From Candidatus Eiseniibacteriota bacterium (GTDB lineage: Bacteria > Eisenbacteria > RBG-16-71-46): a stretch of 48,132 nt of DNA. The stretch spans positions 1 through 48,132 of the forward strand of contig JACOSU010000164.1 of the NCBI GenBank assembly GCA_016178685.1, read 5' to 3'. The position numbers and the translations under genes are program-made. Position 1 is the first letter of the stretch. Each line of letters starts with the position of its first letter. Shown here piece after piece: positions 25,980 through 35,593 of this stretch. Under the pieces are notes generated by a model. The model had not been told where the DNA came from. It saw only the letters and a list, made by a program, of their open reading frames with translations, and made no database searches.

Positions 25980-26369
25980 ATGACCGAACTCAAGCTGCCC
26001 GAGGTGAACCGGGTGATGCTGAGCGGTCGTCTGACGCGCGATCCCGACCGGCGCTACGCGCCGGACGGAACGCCGGTCACCAGTTTCACGATCGCGTTCC
26101 ACCGCCGCTACCGCGGCCGGGACGGCAAGATGGCGGAACAAACCGGCTACGTGACGATCGTGGCGTACCAGCGCCTCGCCGAAGTCTGCGGGCAGTACCT
26201 GAAGCAGGGCAGCGCGGTGCTGGTCGAGGGAAGGCTTCAAGTGAGGGAGTGGAACGCTCCGCAAGGGGGCGAGGCGCAGAAGCGCCTCGAGATCCGCGGC
26301 GAGTCGGTGCACTTCCTGGAGCGCTCGCTGGAGTCGAACCCGCCGGCGGTCCCGCGAGAGGACGAATGA
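25980..26369 (+). CDS. ssb: single-stranded DNA-binding (OB-fold) protein lacking the canonical acidic C-terminal tip
   Basis: NRVMLSGRLTRDPDRRYAPDGTPVTSFTIAF ... VLVEGRLQVREW is SSB-like. It is 129 aa and ends ...PPAVPREDE. It lies between rpsF and rpsR. Confidence 0.8.
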   Translation: MTELKLPEVNRVMLSGRLTRDPDRRYAPDGTPVTSFTIAFHRRYRGRDGKMAEQTGYVTIVAYQRLAEVCGQYLKQGSAVLVEGRLQVREWNAPQGGEAQKRLEIRGESVHFLERSLESNPPAVPREDE

Positions 26370-26453
26370 GCCGCGCGGGCCAGGCCGGTGCGACCGCGCG
26401 GCCCGCGCACACGACGAGAGACCCGGGATTCACGGGGAGGTGAGAACAGCGAC

Positions 26454-26696
26454 ATGGCCAAGGAACGTGAAGGCAAGGGCATCAAGCGCAAGTACTGCAA
26501 GCTGTGCATGGAGAAGGTCGGCTTCGTGGATTACAAGGACGAGAAGCGGCTCGGCCGGTTCGTCACGGATCGCGGCAAGATCGTCCCGCGCCGGGTGTCC
26601 GGCACCTGCACGCGCCACCAGAAGCAGTTGACGACGGCGATCAAGCGGGCCCGCGTGCTCGCTCTGCTGCCGTTTACCAGTGACTTCTATCGCTGA
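26454..26696 (+). CDS. rpsR: 30S ribosomal protein S18
   Basis: [48 protein letters not shown]. Confidence 0.95.
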   Translation: MAKEREGKGIKRKYCKLCMEKVGFVDYKDEKRLGRFVTDRGKIVPRRVSGTCTRHQKQLTTAIKRARVLALLPFTSDFYR

Positions 26697-27672
26697 GCGG
26701 GCGCCGCTCTCGCGCGGACGGGCGTGGCTGCGTGCCACGCTGCTGATCGCGCTGCTCGGCTCGTGTGCGTCGCTCACCGCTTCGCCGTGGGGCGTGCTGT
26801 GGCTGCTGGTCCCGGTCGCGGTCGCGCTCTCGCTGCTGCTGTCGTGGCGATTCGGCGTCTGGGGCCTCGCGGTCCCGGCCGCGCTAGCGGCGGGCGTGCT
26901 GGGCCTGGGGCACACCGCGACCCCGTGGGCGTGGTGGATTCCGACCGCGGCGCTGTGCGGAGTCTGGATGGGGGTGCGGGAAGAGCACGCCGAGGGCGGT
27001 TCCGGCTCGCGCGCATGGATGCTGCTCCCGCTGGTGCTGCTGGCGGCCGTGCTGCCCCGCACCGCGCATTACCCGGCGATGATCGCCCATGTCGAGACCG
27101 AGATGCGCAGGAGCGATCAGGAGCTGATGCAGATGGTCCGCGAGGGGGGAACCCCGACCGCGCGAGTGGCCGAACTCGAGCACGCGTTCGAAGAGAGCCT
27201 GACGACCTGGCAGCGTGCCCTGCCCTACGCGCTGCCCACGCTTCTGTTCCTGTGGATCGCGTTGCTGGTTTACGCGGGGCGCTCGCTCTCGGCCCGGACC
27301 GCGGCGGCGTTGCGATGGCCTTCGCTCTCTCGCGGGCGTCTGCGCGAATGGCGGCTGCCGGACGGAGCGCTGTGGACGTTTCTCGCAGGGTTAGCGCTGT
27401 TGCTCGGGCCGTGGCCGGCATGGCTCGCTACCGGGTGGACGCTGCTGCTCAATACCGGGATCGGTTTTTGCGTGCAGGGAGTCGCGGTCGTAGAATCGTG
27501 GATGCTGGCACGTGGAGTGCCTTCCTCGATCATCGCGCTGACCATGCTTTTCGTGCTCGCGGCCGCGCTGCCGGTCTTCCTGCTCGGCTCGATGGCGGTG
27601 GGTTTGAGTGATGTGTGGCTGGATTTCCGGCGCTTGGAACCGGCGCCGGCCGGAAACGGAGAGGAAAACTGA
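26680..27672 (+). CDS. polytopic membrane protein, DUF2232/YybS-like by position
   Basis: Multiple TM helices. It lies between rpsR and rplI, where YybS-type genes sit in other phyla. It overlaps the rpsR end, and its stop shares its final A with the rplI ATG. Confidence 0.5.
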   Translation: MTSIAERAPLSRGRAWLRATLLIALLGSCASLTASPWGVLWLLVPVAVALSLLLSWRFGVWGLAVPAALAAGVLGLGHTATPWAWWIPTAALCGVWMGVREEHAEGGSGSRAWMLLPLVLLAAVLPRTAHYPAMIAHVETEMRRSDQELMQMVREGGTPTARVAELEHAFEESLTTWQRALPYALPTLLFLWIALLVYAGRSLSARTAAALRWPSLSRGRLREWRLPDGALWTFLAGLALLLGPWPAWLATGWTLLLNTGIGFCVQGVAVVESWMLARGVPSSIIALTMLFVLAAALPVFLLGSMAVGLSDVWLDFRRLEPAPAGNGEEN

Positions 27673-28115
27673 TGAACGTCATTCTGCTCGAAGACTTGAA
27701 GGGCGTGGGCGCGCGGGGCGCGATGGTCCACGTGAAGCCCGGCTTCGCCCGTAATTTTCTGCTGCCGAAGCGCCTCGCGATTCCGGCCGGCGACCGGGCC
27801 ACGAACCTGTATCAGGAGCTTCAGCGCCAGGGTCAGGTGAAGGACGACAAGCGCATCACGCTGGCCCGCGCCGAGGCGGCGAAGATCGACGGGGTCGAGG
27901 TCAACATTCCGGCCCAGGCCAACGAAGAGGACACGCTGTTCGGGTCGATCACGAGTGCGGACGTGGCGGATGCGCTCGCGAAGGCGGGTCATACCGTCGA
28001 CAAGCGGCAGATCGAGATCGAGGAGCACATCAAGCAACTCGGCCGCTACGACGCCACCATTCGCTTTCACGCGGGGGTGACCGCGACCGTCCGGATGTGG
28101 GTGGTCCGCGCATGA
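27672..28115 (+). CDS. rplI: 50S ribosomal protein L9
   Basis: [36 protein letters not shown]. Confidence 0.93.
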   Translation: MNVILLEDLKGVGARGAMVHVKPGFARNFLLPKRLAIPAGDRATNLYQELQRQGQVKDDKRITLARAEAAKIDGVEVNIPAQANEEDTLFGSITSADVADALAKAGHTVDKRQIEIEEHIKQLGRYDATIRFHAGVTATVRMWVVRA

Positions 28116-29452
28116 TTCGGCACGCACGAATGGCACTCGCCTGCGCGGCACTGATCGCGATGGTCGCGGGCGTGGTGCCCGCTCATGCGGCGGCAGGTGG
28201 CGCCGCATCGGGCGGCGCCCCGAAGAAGAACGCAGCGCCGGCGGCCGCGGCGGGGAAGAGCCGCAAGGGCGCGCCCCGGGACACCTCGCGCGTGCTGGTC
28301 CGCGTGGGGAACGAGCCCATCACCGTCTCGATGGTGCAGACGCGGATCGACGAGCTGCCCGAACAGTATCGCGCCCAGTACGCGACGCCCGGAGGCCGTC
28401 AGCATGTGATCGACCGCATGATCGAAGAAAAGGTCTGGCTCACCACCGCGCTTCGAAACGGCGTAGCGGACCGGCCGAGGATCCAGCAGCAGCTCGAGCA
28501 GCAACGCCGCGACCTCCTGATCCGCACCTGGATCAACGAGCAGATGGCGACCAGCCCCGCGCCCTCCGATTCCGAGGCGCGAGTGTTCTACGACTCGCAT
28601 CCCGCCGACTATCGATCGCCGGCCACCGCGACCCTCCGCCATATCCAGTTCAAGACCGATGCTGAAGCGCGCCGCGTGCTGCCGTTCGCGCGCGATCCGA
28701 AGCAGGACTTCGGCAAGCTCGCCGAGAGATACTCGGCCGACACTCTGACGAAAAAGACCGGCGGGACGCTCGGCACCGTGACGCCGGATGGCGTGTTCCC
28801 GACGCTCGGCACCCAGAAGGCGCTCGCGGAATCCGTCTTCACGCTGCGCGAAGGCGGCGTGGGCGGTCCCTGGAAATCGGACCGCGGCTGGCACCTGATC
28901 AAGGTCGATCAGAAGCGCGAAGCGAGCCCGCGGGCGTTCGAGCAGGCCCGGCCCATGATCGTCCGGCAGCTGAGCGGCCAGCGCTCCCAGGAGTTCTATC
29001 GCAAGATGCTCGAGGATGCCCGTCGCAAGGTCGGCATCACTCCCGATTCGGCGGCGATCCGCAGCTTCGTGTCCGCCCGGAGGCCGGCGCGCGAAATGTT
29101 CAAGGACGCGCAGGACGCCTCCGGCCCCCAGGCCCGGATCGAGGGCTATCGCCGCGTGGTCGAGGCGTGGCCCCAGAGCGACGTCGCGCCGCAGGCCCAG
29201 TTCATGATCGGATTCATCCAGTCGGAAGAACTCAAGAACTACGATGAGGCCGACCAGGCGTTTCGGACGCTGCTCCAGAAATATCCGCAGTCGGAGCTGG
29301 CCGCGTCGGCGACCTGGATGATCGAGCACATGCGAACCGAAGAGGCCCCCGCGTTCATCACCCAGCAGGCGGATTCGAGCCAGGCGGCGCCGTCGCCCGC
29401 GGCCAGGAACAGCGCGGGATCCCGCAAGCCGGCTTCCTCCGGAAAACCGTGA
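28112..29452 (+). CDS. secreted SurA/PrsA-like peptidyl-prolyl isomerase (parvulin domain plus C-terminal TPR-like region)
   Basis: Signal peptide; SurA-N-like region; PpiC rotamase segment RHIQFKT...GGTLGTVTPDG...GWHLIKV. ATGA overlap with rplI. Confidence 0.8.
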   Translation: MIRHARMALACAALIAMVAGVVPAHAAAGGAASGGAPKKNAAPAAAAGKSRKGAPRDTSRVLVRVGNEPITVSMVQTRIDELPEQYRAQYATPGGRQHVIDRMIEEKVWLTTALRNGVADRPRIQQQLEQQRRDLLIRTWINEQMATSPAPSDSEARVFYDSHPADYRSPATATLRHIQFKTDAEARRVLPFARDPKQDFGKLAERYSADTLTKKTGGTLGTVTPDGVFPTLGTQKALAESVFTLREGGVGGPWKSDRGWHLIKVDQKREASPRAFEQARPMIVRQLSGQRSQEFYRKMLEDARRKVGITPDSAAIRSFVSARRPAREMFKDAQDASGPQARIEGYRRVVEAWPQSDVAPQAQFMIGFIQSEELKNYDEADQAFRTLLQKYPQSELAASATWMIEHMRTEEAPAFITQQADSSQAAPSPAARNSAGSRKPASSGKP

Positions 29453-29970
29453 ATGTGGTCGAAGTCCGGGTCCACGGCCTGATCCTCGAGCAGAAGACCC
29501 AGCAGAACATCGTCATCCTGCGCGAGATCGAAGGCGAACGCATCCTGCCGATCTGGATCGGCCCCTCCGAGGCCCAGGCGATCCGCCGTTTCCTGGCGGA
29601 GGAGTCGTTTCCGCGCCCGCTGACTCACGATTTGATCCAGCTCGTGATCGAGGGATTCAAGGGACGCGTGACGCGGGTGGTGATTGCCGATCTGCGCGAG
29701 AGCACGTTTTTCGCGAGCGTCATGATCGAGCGCGAAGGCGATGCGCTGTCGATCGACGCGCGGCCTTCGGATTCGATCGCGATCGCACTGCGGGCGCGGG
29801 CGCCGATCTTCGTGAACGAGACGCTGCTCCAGCCGTCTCCCGAGGCGGCGGCCGAAGAGGAAACGCCCGAAGCCGCGCCTCGCGAGCTGAACGAGGAGGA
29901 AAAGGCCGAGCAATTGCGCCGGTTCCTCGAGAAGCTGAACCCGGAAGATTTCGGCAAGTTCCAGCTCTAG
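29449..29970 (+). CDS. bifunctional nuclease (BFN/DUF151) family protein with a UVR-like C-terminal helix
   Basis: ILPIWIGPSEAQAI, RPLTHDL and IDARPSDSIAIALR are characteristic of DUF151. GTGA overlap with the PPIase gene. Confidence 0.85.
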   Translation: MNVVEVRVHGLILEQKTQQNIVILREIEGERILPIWIGPSEAQAIRRFLAEESFPRPLTHDLIQLVIEGFKGRVTRVVIADLRESTFFASVMIEREGDALSIDARPSDSIAIALRARAPIFVNETLLQPSPEAAAEEETPEAAPRELNEEEKAEQLRRFLEKLNPEDFGKFQL

Positions 29971-30064
29971 TCGTCGGCGTCCGGCGGCCCCCACCTCCGC
30001 AGCTCCCTCGCGTGCACGCCGCTGGCCTGCCGCGCGTCCGCCCCCTCGGGTCGTGGTCCCGGAT

Positions 30065-30748
30065 TCAGTCCCGCAGGTAGAAGTTGAACGGGAAGCGCGC
30101 CACGATCTCGCGCGGGACACCCGCCACTCGATAAGGCCGGATCCGGCACTGGCGCACCGCCGCCACCGCTTCGCGCTCCAGGATCCCTTCGGGATCGCCG
30201 CTCTGCACCTGCACCTCGACCACGCGGCCCGCGGTGTCGATCAACGCGAGAATCGAGAAGCGGCCCTCGATGCCGCGCGACTGCGCTTCCGGTGGATAGT
30301 GGGGGCGCACCAGACGTTCGAAGATCAGATTCTCGGACTGGATGATCGGCAGGTTCGATGATCTTCGCATCGCGCGCGCCAGCAGATTCTGGGGCGCATC
30401 GCCCGGTCCGCTCGGGCCTTCGCCCACGCGTGGCGCGCGCTCGTTCATGCGCGCGCGCCCCGCCCCGCGTCCGCCGCCGCGGTCCGCGCGCGGCAGGTAC
30501 TCGAGACCGCGCGGCACATCGGCCGAGCCGCGCGATTCGCCCAGGGTCTCGAGTTCGATCCGCCGCACGTAGCGCTCCGGACCCTCGAATCCGAAGTGCT
30601 CGGGATCGCTCATCAGCTGCCGCAGAGCGGTGTGCTCGCTGATCAGGAGCAGGGCGAGCAGGCCGAGTGCGACCGAGATCGTGATGGCCGAGAGTCGCGT
30701 CTCGAATCGCGCGCGTTCGGCGAAGTACTGCTGCGAACCATGAGTCAT
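30065..30748 (-). CDS. tonB: energy transducer TonB family protein
   Basis: N-terminal TM anchor and a C-terminal TonB_C-like segment (YPPEAQSRGIEGRFSILALIDTAGRVVEVQV). ATG at 30748 was chosen because the upstream part of the ORF overlaps the amidase gene. Confidence 0.75.
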   Translation of the reverse strand: MTHGSQQYFAERARFETRLSAITISVALGLLALLLISEHTALRQLMSDPEHFGFEGPERYVRRIELETLGESRGSADVPRGLEYLPRADRGGGRGAGRARMNERAPRVGEGPSGPGDAPQNLLARAMRRSSNLPIIQSENLIFERLVRPHYPPEAQSRGIEGRFSILALIDTAGRVVEVQVQSGDPEGILEREAVAAVRQCRIRPYRVAGVPREIVARFPFNFYLRD

Positions 30749-30783
30749 GCGGGTTCCGCGGGGGCGGTGGGCCGCGCGGGGCT

Positions 30784-33267
30784 TCAGCGGCCGGTGGGCC
30801 CGGTCGAAAGCAAGACGCCCCGCTCGGATTCTAGCAGAACGCGCCGGATCCGCCGCTCTCCGATCGCGATCTCGAGCTCGATCGGCCCGGGTTCGGTGCG
30901 GAAAAAGCGCGCGCGGCCGAGCGCGTCGGTCTCGAGCACCAGGACGCCGCCGAGCGTGATCGCCGCGCCCGCCACCGGGCGCCCCAGGGGATCCTCCACC
31001 TCGAGCGAGTCGGCGGCCCACGCCGCGTCGGCCCCCCATTCGCGCGCCAGGGCGACGAACAGCGCGTAGGCTTCGGCGCGCAGCGCGCCCGCCGAGAGCA
31101 GCCGCTCTTCGGAACCGGCTTGATCGACGCGTGCCGGGGACGCGTAGAGCGCCGGGCACGAGGTCTGCTGGAGCGGGTACTGCGCGTCCTCCATCACACG
31201 CGGCACCTCGAGCCCCAGCGATTCGAACGTCGCCGCCGTGCGGTTCGCCCATGCGAGACCGGCCGGGCTCGAGAAGTAATGGCCCAGCATCGGCGGCTCG
31301 GGCGCGTGGCCGATGCGCAGGAAGCGCTCGGCGTGGAACGCTTCGCTGATCTGAACGCGCTCGACGTCGGAGAGCGCGTAGTCGCCGTCGCGTGTGAGTT
31401 TCACGTCGGCGCCGGCCGCGTAGAGGAAACCGGCCAGCGCACGCGCCACTTCGAGGTTGAGCGAGGCAGCGCGCGTGCCGCTCGCTCCCTCGCCCGCAGC
31501 ATCGTCGCCGCCGCCCGCGGGATCAATTACGATCCGGCGTCCATGCAGCGCGCCGCCCGCGATCGCGACGAAGCGCGGCGGCCAGCCGGGCGCCGCGGCC
31601 GGGACCGGGACGAAGCCCTCGAGTTCGCTCGAGTCATGCGGCGCGAGGATCGCGTCGTGCGCCGTTGGCCATGCGCGATAGCCCGCGAGGCGTGGAACGT
31701 GCGCCTTGCCGCTCGAGTCGCTCCACAGCCGGAGAAATCCATCCGCGTTGATCCAGCTCAGCGTGGGATCGTCACCCAGGGTGCCCGGGGCCGCGCGCAG
31801 CACGGTGTCGCCGGGCATCGCGATCGCAAAGCCGGCGCGAATCGGATTCGCGTATCCCGCGGGGACACTGGTCGTGATGCTGGCTCTCACGGGATCCACC
31901 AGCGGAACGCCGAACTCGCCGCGAGGCGTGGGCCAGAGCGCCGCCTCGATCTTCAACTCCGGAACTGGATGACGCGGGCGGAAGCGCGGCCATTCACGCA
32001 CGCGAAAATAGAGCCAGCCCTCGCCGCGCGCGAGCACCAGCTGCGTGTCTGCCGGGAAGACGCGGATGGTGCCCACGTCCCGCACGCGCACGCGAACCGT
32101 GTCGCGATAGACCAGCCCATCCTGATCGAACACGCGGATGCGCATCCCGAGCGGCTGATCTCCGGTCCAGATCACCTGATCGGGATATTCAGCGCTGACG
32201 CGCATCGGGGCGTTGACGATGCGAAAGCGCGTGACGCGTGCCCGCGATGCGCCTTCGCCGGCCAGTCGCGCCGACAGCCAGGCCTCGTGCGGTCCGACCG
32301 GGAGCGCGCGTGACGCCGCCCAGAAGATCGAATCCCCGATCAACGAGTACGGAAGCGCGGCGCCATCCAGCGTCAACCGGGCCGAATCGAAACTTCCCTT
32401 TACGCGCGCGGCGACCACCGGATGGGCCCCGCCCAATGCCGTGTCGGATCGCGAATACCCGGCCGCGTACACCCACACCGTGTCGATCACCGGCACGCGG
32501 CGCGAGAAATATCTCGCCAGCCCGAGGAAGATCGCCTCGGCTTCGAGCCGGCGCTTCTCGGAGAGCGCCAGTTTCGATTCGACGTCAGGATTCGTCAGGT
32601 AGCTCGACTCGGTGAGCAGCGCGGGCGCCTGGCTGCTGCGCAGCACGAAATAATTGCCGGGCAGGATGCGGTGCTTCTCGATGCCGAGGTTTCGCACCAG
32701 GTAGCGGTGCACGTTGGAGGCCGCGTCGAGCGAGGGCCCGTCGTCGCCGAGCTTGTAATAGGTCTGCGTCTCGTTGACGTCGTGGGCTCCGCGCGCATCG
32801 GCGTTGTGATGGATCGAGAGGAACAGGTCGGGATGAAACGCGTTCGCGAGCCGCACGCGCTCGGCGAGATCGAAGCGCAGCGAGCTGTCGGCGGGAGAGA
32901 CAAAATCGCGATCGGTATCGCGCGTCATGAACACGTTCGCTCCGTGCGCGAGGAGCAGAGCGCGCAGCTCGAACGCGACGCCAAGATTGACCTGGGCCTC
33001 GGTCAGGCCGTTGACGCCGATCGCGCCTCGAAAGAGTCCACCGTGCCCGGGATCGATCGCGATCCTGCGGCCGGCGAGCCGCGACGCATCCACCGAGGCC
33101 AGCTCGTCCAGGCGATGCTCGTAGCCGGGGCGGGGACGGGGTAGCCGGGCGGGAGGGGGAGCGGTGACGTGCGCGCAGCCCGCGAGCAGCAGGGCGAGCG
33201 CAACGAACCGGGCCGGGGAGGCGCGCCGGGCCGCGCGAGGCGTCCGTGCGCTCGCGTTCGCTCTCAT
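30784..33267 (-). CDS. lipoprotein with two Amidase_3 (N-acetylmuramoyl-L-alanine amidase) domains, the second degenerate, plus a C-terminal carboxypeptidase-regulatory-like beta-sandwich
   Basis: Lipobox LLLAGC. Domain 1 has IDPGHGG, GLTEAQVNL and SIHHNA. Domain 2 has IDPAGGG, GTRAASLNL and RIGHAP at the aligned positions. The start could instead lie up to 33324. Confidence 0.85.
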   Translation of the reverse strand: MRANASARTPRAARRASPARFVALALLLAGCAHVTAPPPARLPRPRPGYEHRLDELASVDASRLAGRRIAIDPGHGGLFRGAIGVNGLTEAQVNLGVAFELRALLLAHGANVFMTRDTDRDFVSPADSSLRFDLAERVRLANAFHPDLFLSIHHNADARGAHDVNETQTYYKLGDDGPSLDAASNVHRYLVRNLGIEKHRILPGNYFVLRSSQAPALLTESSYLTNPDVESKLALSEKRRLEAEAIFLGLARYFSRRVPVIDTVWVYAAGYSRSDTALGGAHPVVAARVKGSFDSARLTLDGAALPYSLIGDSIFWAASRALPVGPHEAWLSARLAGEGASRARVTRFRIVNAPMRVSAEYPDQVIWTGDQPLGMRIRVFDQDGLVYRDTVRVRVRDVGTIRVFPADTQLVLARGEGWLYFRVREWPRFRPRHPVPELKIEAALWPTPRGEFGVPLVDPVRASITTSVPAGYANPIRAGFAIAMPGDTVLRAAPGTLGDDPTLSWINADGFLRLWSDSSGKAHVPRLAGYRAWPTAHDAILAPHDSSELEGFVPVPAAAPGWPPRFVAIAGGALHGRRIVIDPAGGGDDAAGEGASGTRAASLNLEVARALAGFLYAAGADVKLTRDGDYALSDVERVQISEAFHAERFLRIGHAPEPPMLGHYFSSPAGLAWANRTAATFESLGLEVPRVMEDAQYPLQQTSCPALYASPARVDQAGSEERLLSAGALRAEAYALFVALAREWGADAAWAADSLEVEDPLGRPVAGAAITLGGVLVLETDALGRARFFRTEPGPIELEIAIGERRIRRVLLESERGVLLSTGPTGR

Positions 33268-33473
33268 GTCCGGGCACTCTAGCATCCGCTTCGGACGGGC
33301 GGCAACATTCGTCCCCAGAATCATTTGGCTTGCCTGATTGAGCGCGGGCGTGCTACGTCTCTCGGCCGGATGCGCGCGGGTCGGGCCCCCTCCAGCAGCC
33401 CGTTGCGCGCACCCGGGGTGGCCCGCGATCCGGGCGCCGCCTGCTCATTCTTGACCACCGACAGGAGATCCAC

Positions 33474-34685
33474 ATGACGTCACGGACACTTCTTCGCCTG
33501 AGCGTCGTCGCGGTGCTCGCCTCAGGCCTGATCTCCGCCGGATGCGGCGGCAGCGCCTCGAAGGACGAACTCGTGATTGGCGAGTACGGCTCGCTGACCG
33601 GCAACGACGCGACATTCGGCCAGTCCACCAAGAACGGCGTCGAGGTGGCGCTCGAAGAACTGACCGCGCAGAAGCAGGGCAAGATCGGCGGCCTCCCGGT
33701 GCGCGTGCAGGTCGAGGACGACCAGAGCAAGGCCGAAGAAGCGGCGACCGTGGTGCAGAAGCTTATCAATCAGGATCGCGCGATCGCAGTGCTGGGCGAG
33801 GTGGCGAGCTCCCGGAGCCTGGCGGGGGGACCGATCTGCCAGAACGCGGGGGTGCCGATGATCTCGCCCTCATCGACCAATCCCCGGGTGACCCAGGTCG
33901 GCGACTACATCTTCCGCATGTGCTTCCTCGACCAGTTCCAGGGCACAGTGATGGCGCGCTTCACCGCCCAGAACCTCAAGCTCCGCAAGGTCGCGATTCT
34001 CAAGGATTCGAAGAACGACTACAGCGTGGGCCTCGCGCGGTTCTTCACCGAGGCCTTCACCGGGCTCGGCGGCAGCATCGTGACCGAGCAGGCGTACCAG
34101 TCGGGAGACAACGATTTCCGCGCCCAGTTGACCGCGATCAAGGCCAAGAATCCCGAGGCAATCGTGGTGCCCGGCTACTACACCGAGGCGGGGCTGATCG
34201 CCCGCCAGGCCCGCGAGCTGGGGCTCAAGCAGCCTCTGATCGGCGGCGACGGTTGGGAGAGCGAGAAGCTGATCGAGATCGGCGGCGACGCGCTGAACGG
34301 CTGCGTCTACACGAATCACTGGGCGCTCGACCTCCAGGAGCCGCGGCTGCAGGCCTTCCTCAAGACCTATCGCGACAAGTACCAGGGTGATCCCGACGCG
34401 ATCGGCGGCCTGGCGTACGATGCGGCGAACGTCCTGTTCGGTGCGCTCGAGAAGCTCGCCGAGCAGGATCCGCAGACGTTCAAGGGGCTGGCTTCTTCGA
34501 AAGCCGGCAGCGACGCGCGCAAGGCGGCCGAGAAGAGGCTGCGCGATCTGATCGCCACCACCACCAGCTACCCGGGTGTGACCGGAACCATCACGCTGGA
34601 CGAAAACCGCAACGCCTCCAAGCCGGCGGTCGTGATCGAGATCAAGGGCGGAAAGAAGACCTACAACTCGTCGTTCAATCCCTGA
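33474..34685 (+). CDS. branched-chain amino acid ABC transporter substrate-binding lipoprotein (LivJ/K family)
   Basis: Lipobox ISAGC. Type-I periplasmic binding fold segments: GEYGSLTGNDATFGQS, MISPSSTNP and GGDGWES. Confidence 0.88.
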   Translation: MTSRTLLRLSVVAVLASGLISAGCGGSASKDELVIGEYGSLTGNDATFGQSTKNGVEVALEELTAQKQGKIGGLPVRVQVEDDQSKAEEAATVVQKLINQDRAIAVLGEVASSRSLAGGPICQNAGVPMISPSSTNPRVTQVGDYIFRMCFLDQFQGTVMARFTAQNLKLRKVAILKDSKNDYSVGLARFFTEAFTGLGGSIVTEQAYQSGDNDFRAQLTAIKAKNPEAIVVPGYYTEAGLIARQARELGLKQPLIGGDGWESEKLIEIGGDALNGCVYTNHWALDLQEPRLQAFLKTYRDKYQGDPDAIGGLAYDAANVLFGALEKLAEQDPQTFKGLASSKAGSDARKAAEKRLRDLIATTTSYPGVTGTITLDENRNASKPAVVIEIKGGKKTYNSSFNP

Positions 34686-34689
34686 TCCC

Positions 34690-35592
34690 GTGTCGGAGTT
34701 CCTGCAACAGCTGGTCAACGGGGTGACGTGGGGAAGCGTGTACGCCCTGATCGCGCTGGGCTACACCATGGTGTACGGCATCCTGCGACTGATCAATTTC
34801 GCCCATGGTGACGTGTACATGCTGGGCGCGTTCTTCGGGTTCTTCGCCGCGCGTTTCCTGAACGCGGCGCGGGACCCGAGCCCGTTCAAGGCGCTGCTGG
34901 TGCTGCTGTCCGCCATGGTGGCATGCGGCATCATCGGGATCGTGATGGAGCGCGCCGCGTACAAGCCGGTGCGCCGCTCCTCGCGCCTCGCGGCGCTCAT
35001 CACCGCGATCGGCGTCTCGCTGCTGCTCGAGAACGGCGGCATCCTGCTGTTCGGCCCCGATCCCAAGTTCTTCCCGCAGATCATCCCGGCCCGGAACATC
35101 GCGCTGGGGATGGGCGTCACGATCTCGAACCAGCAGATACTGATCCTCTCCGTCTCGCTGGTGCTGATGTTCGCGTTGCGCTTCATCGTGCTCCACACCC
35201 GCACCGGCAAGGCGATGCAGGCGGTGTCGTACAATCCGATGGCGGCCGCGCTGATGGGGATCTCGGTGGATCGCATCGTCACCTTCACGTTCATGCTCGG
35301 CTCGATGCTGGCCGCGGCAGCCGGCGTGCTGGTGGCGCTGCAGAATCCCAAGATCGAGCCGCTGATGGGCATCATGCCGGGGCTCAAGGCGTTCGTGGCC
35401 GCGGTGCTGGGCGGGATCGGCAACATTCCGGGAGCGGTGCTGGGCGGCCTGGTGATGGGCATCGCCGAGGTGCTGGTGGTGGGTTACGTGTCGCCGACCT
35501 ACCGCGACGCCATCGCGTTCGTGCTGCTGATCGTCATCCTGCTGGTGCGGCCGGCCGGCATCCTCGGCAGGAACGTGGCTGAGAAGGTGTGA
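34690..35592 (+). CDS. livH: branched-chain amino acid ABC transporter permease
   Basis: LVNGVTWGSVYALIALGYTMVYGILRLINFAHGD is the LivH signature. Confidence 0.92.
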   Translation: MSEFLQQLVNGVTWGSVYALIALGYTMVYGILRLINFAHGDVYMLGAFFGFFAARFLNAARDPSPFKALLVLLSAMVACGIIGIVMERAAYKPVRRSSRLAALITAIGVSLLLENGGILLFGPDPKFFPQIIPARNIALGMGVTISNQQILILSVSLVLMFALRFIVLHTRTGKAMQAVSYNPMAAALMGISVDRIVTFTFMLGSMLAAAAGVLVALQNPKIEPLMGIMPGLKAFVAAVLGGIGNIPGAVLGGLVMGIAEVLVVGYVSPTYRDAIAFVLLIVILLVRPAGILGRNVAEKV

Positions 35593-35593
35593 C

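Noticed and set aside
33336-33352. Sigma54-like TTGGCTTGCCTGATTGA upstream of the liv-type operon.
   Set aside because: The -12 element reads TTGA rather than TTGC. It is a single near-match without an enhancer-binding-protein context.
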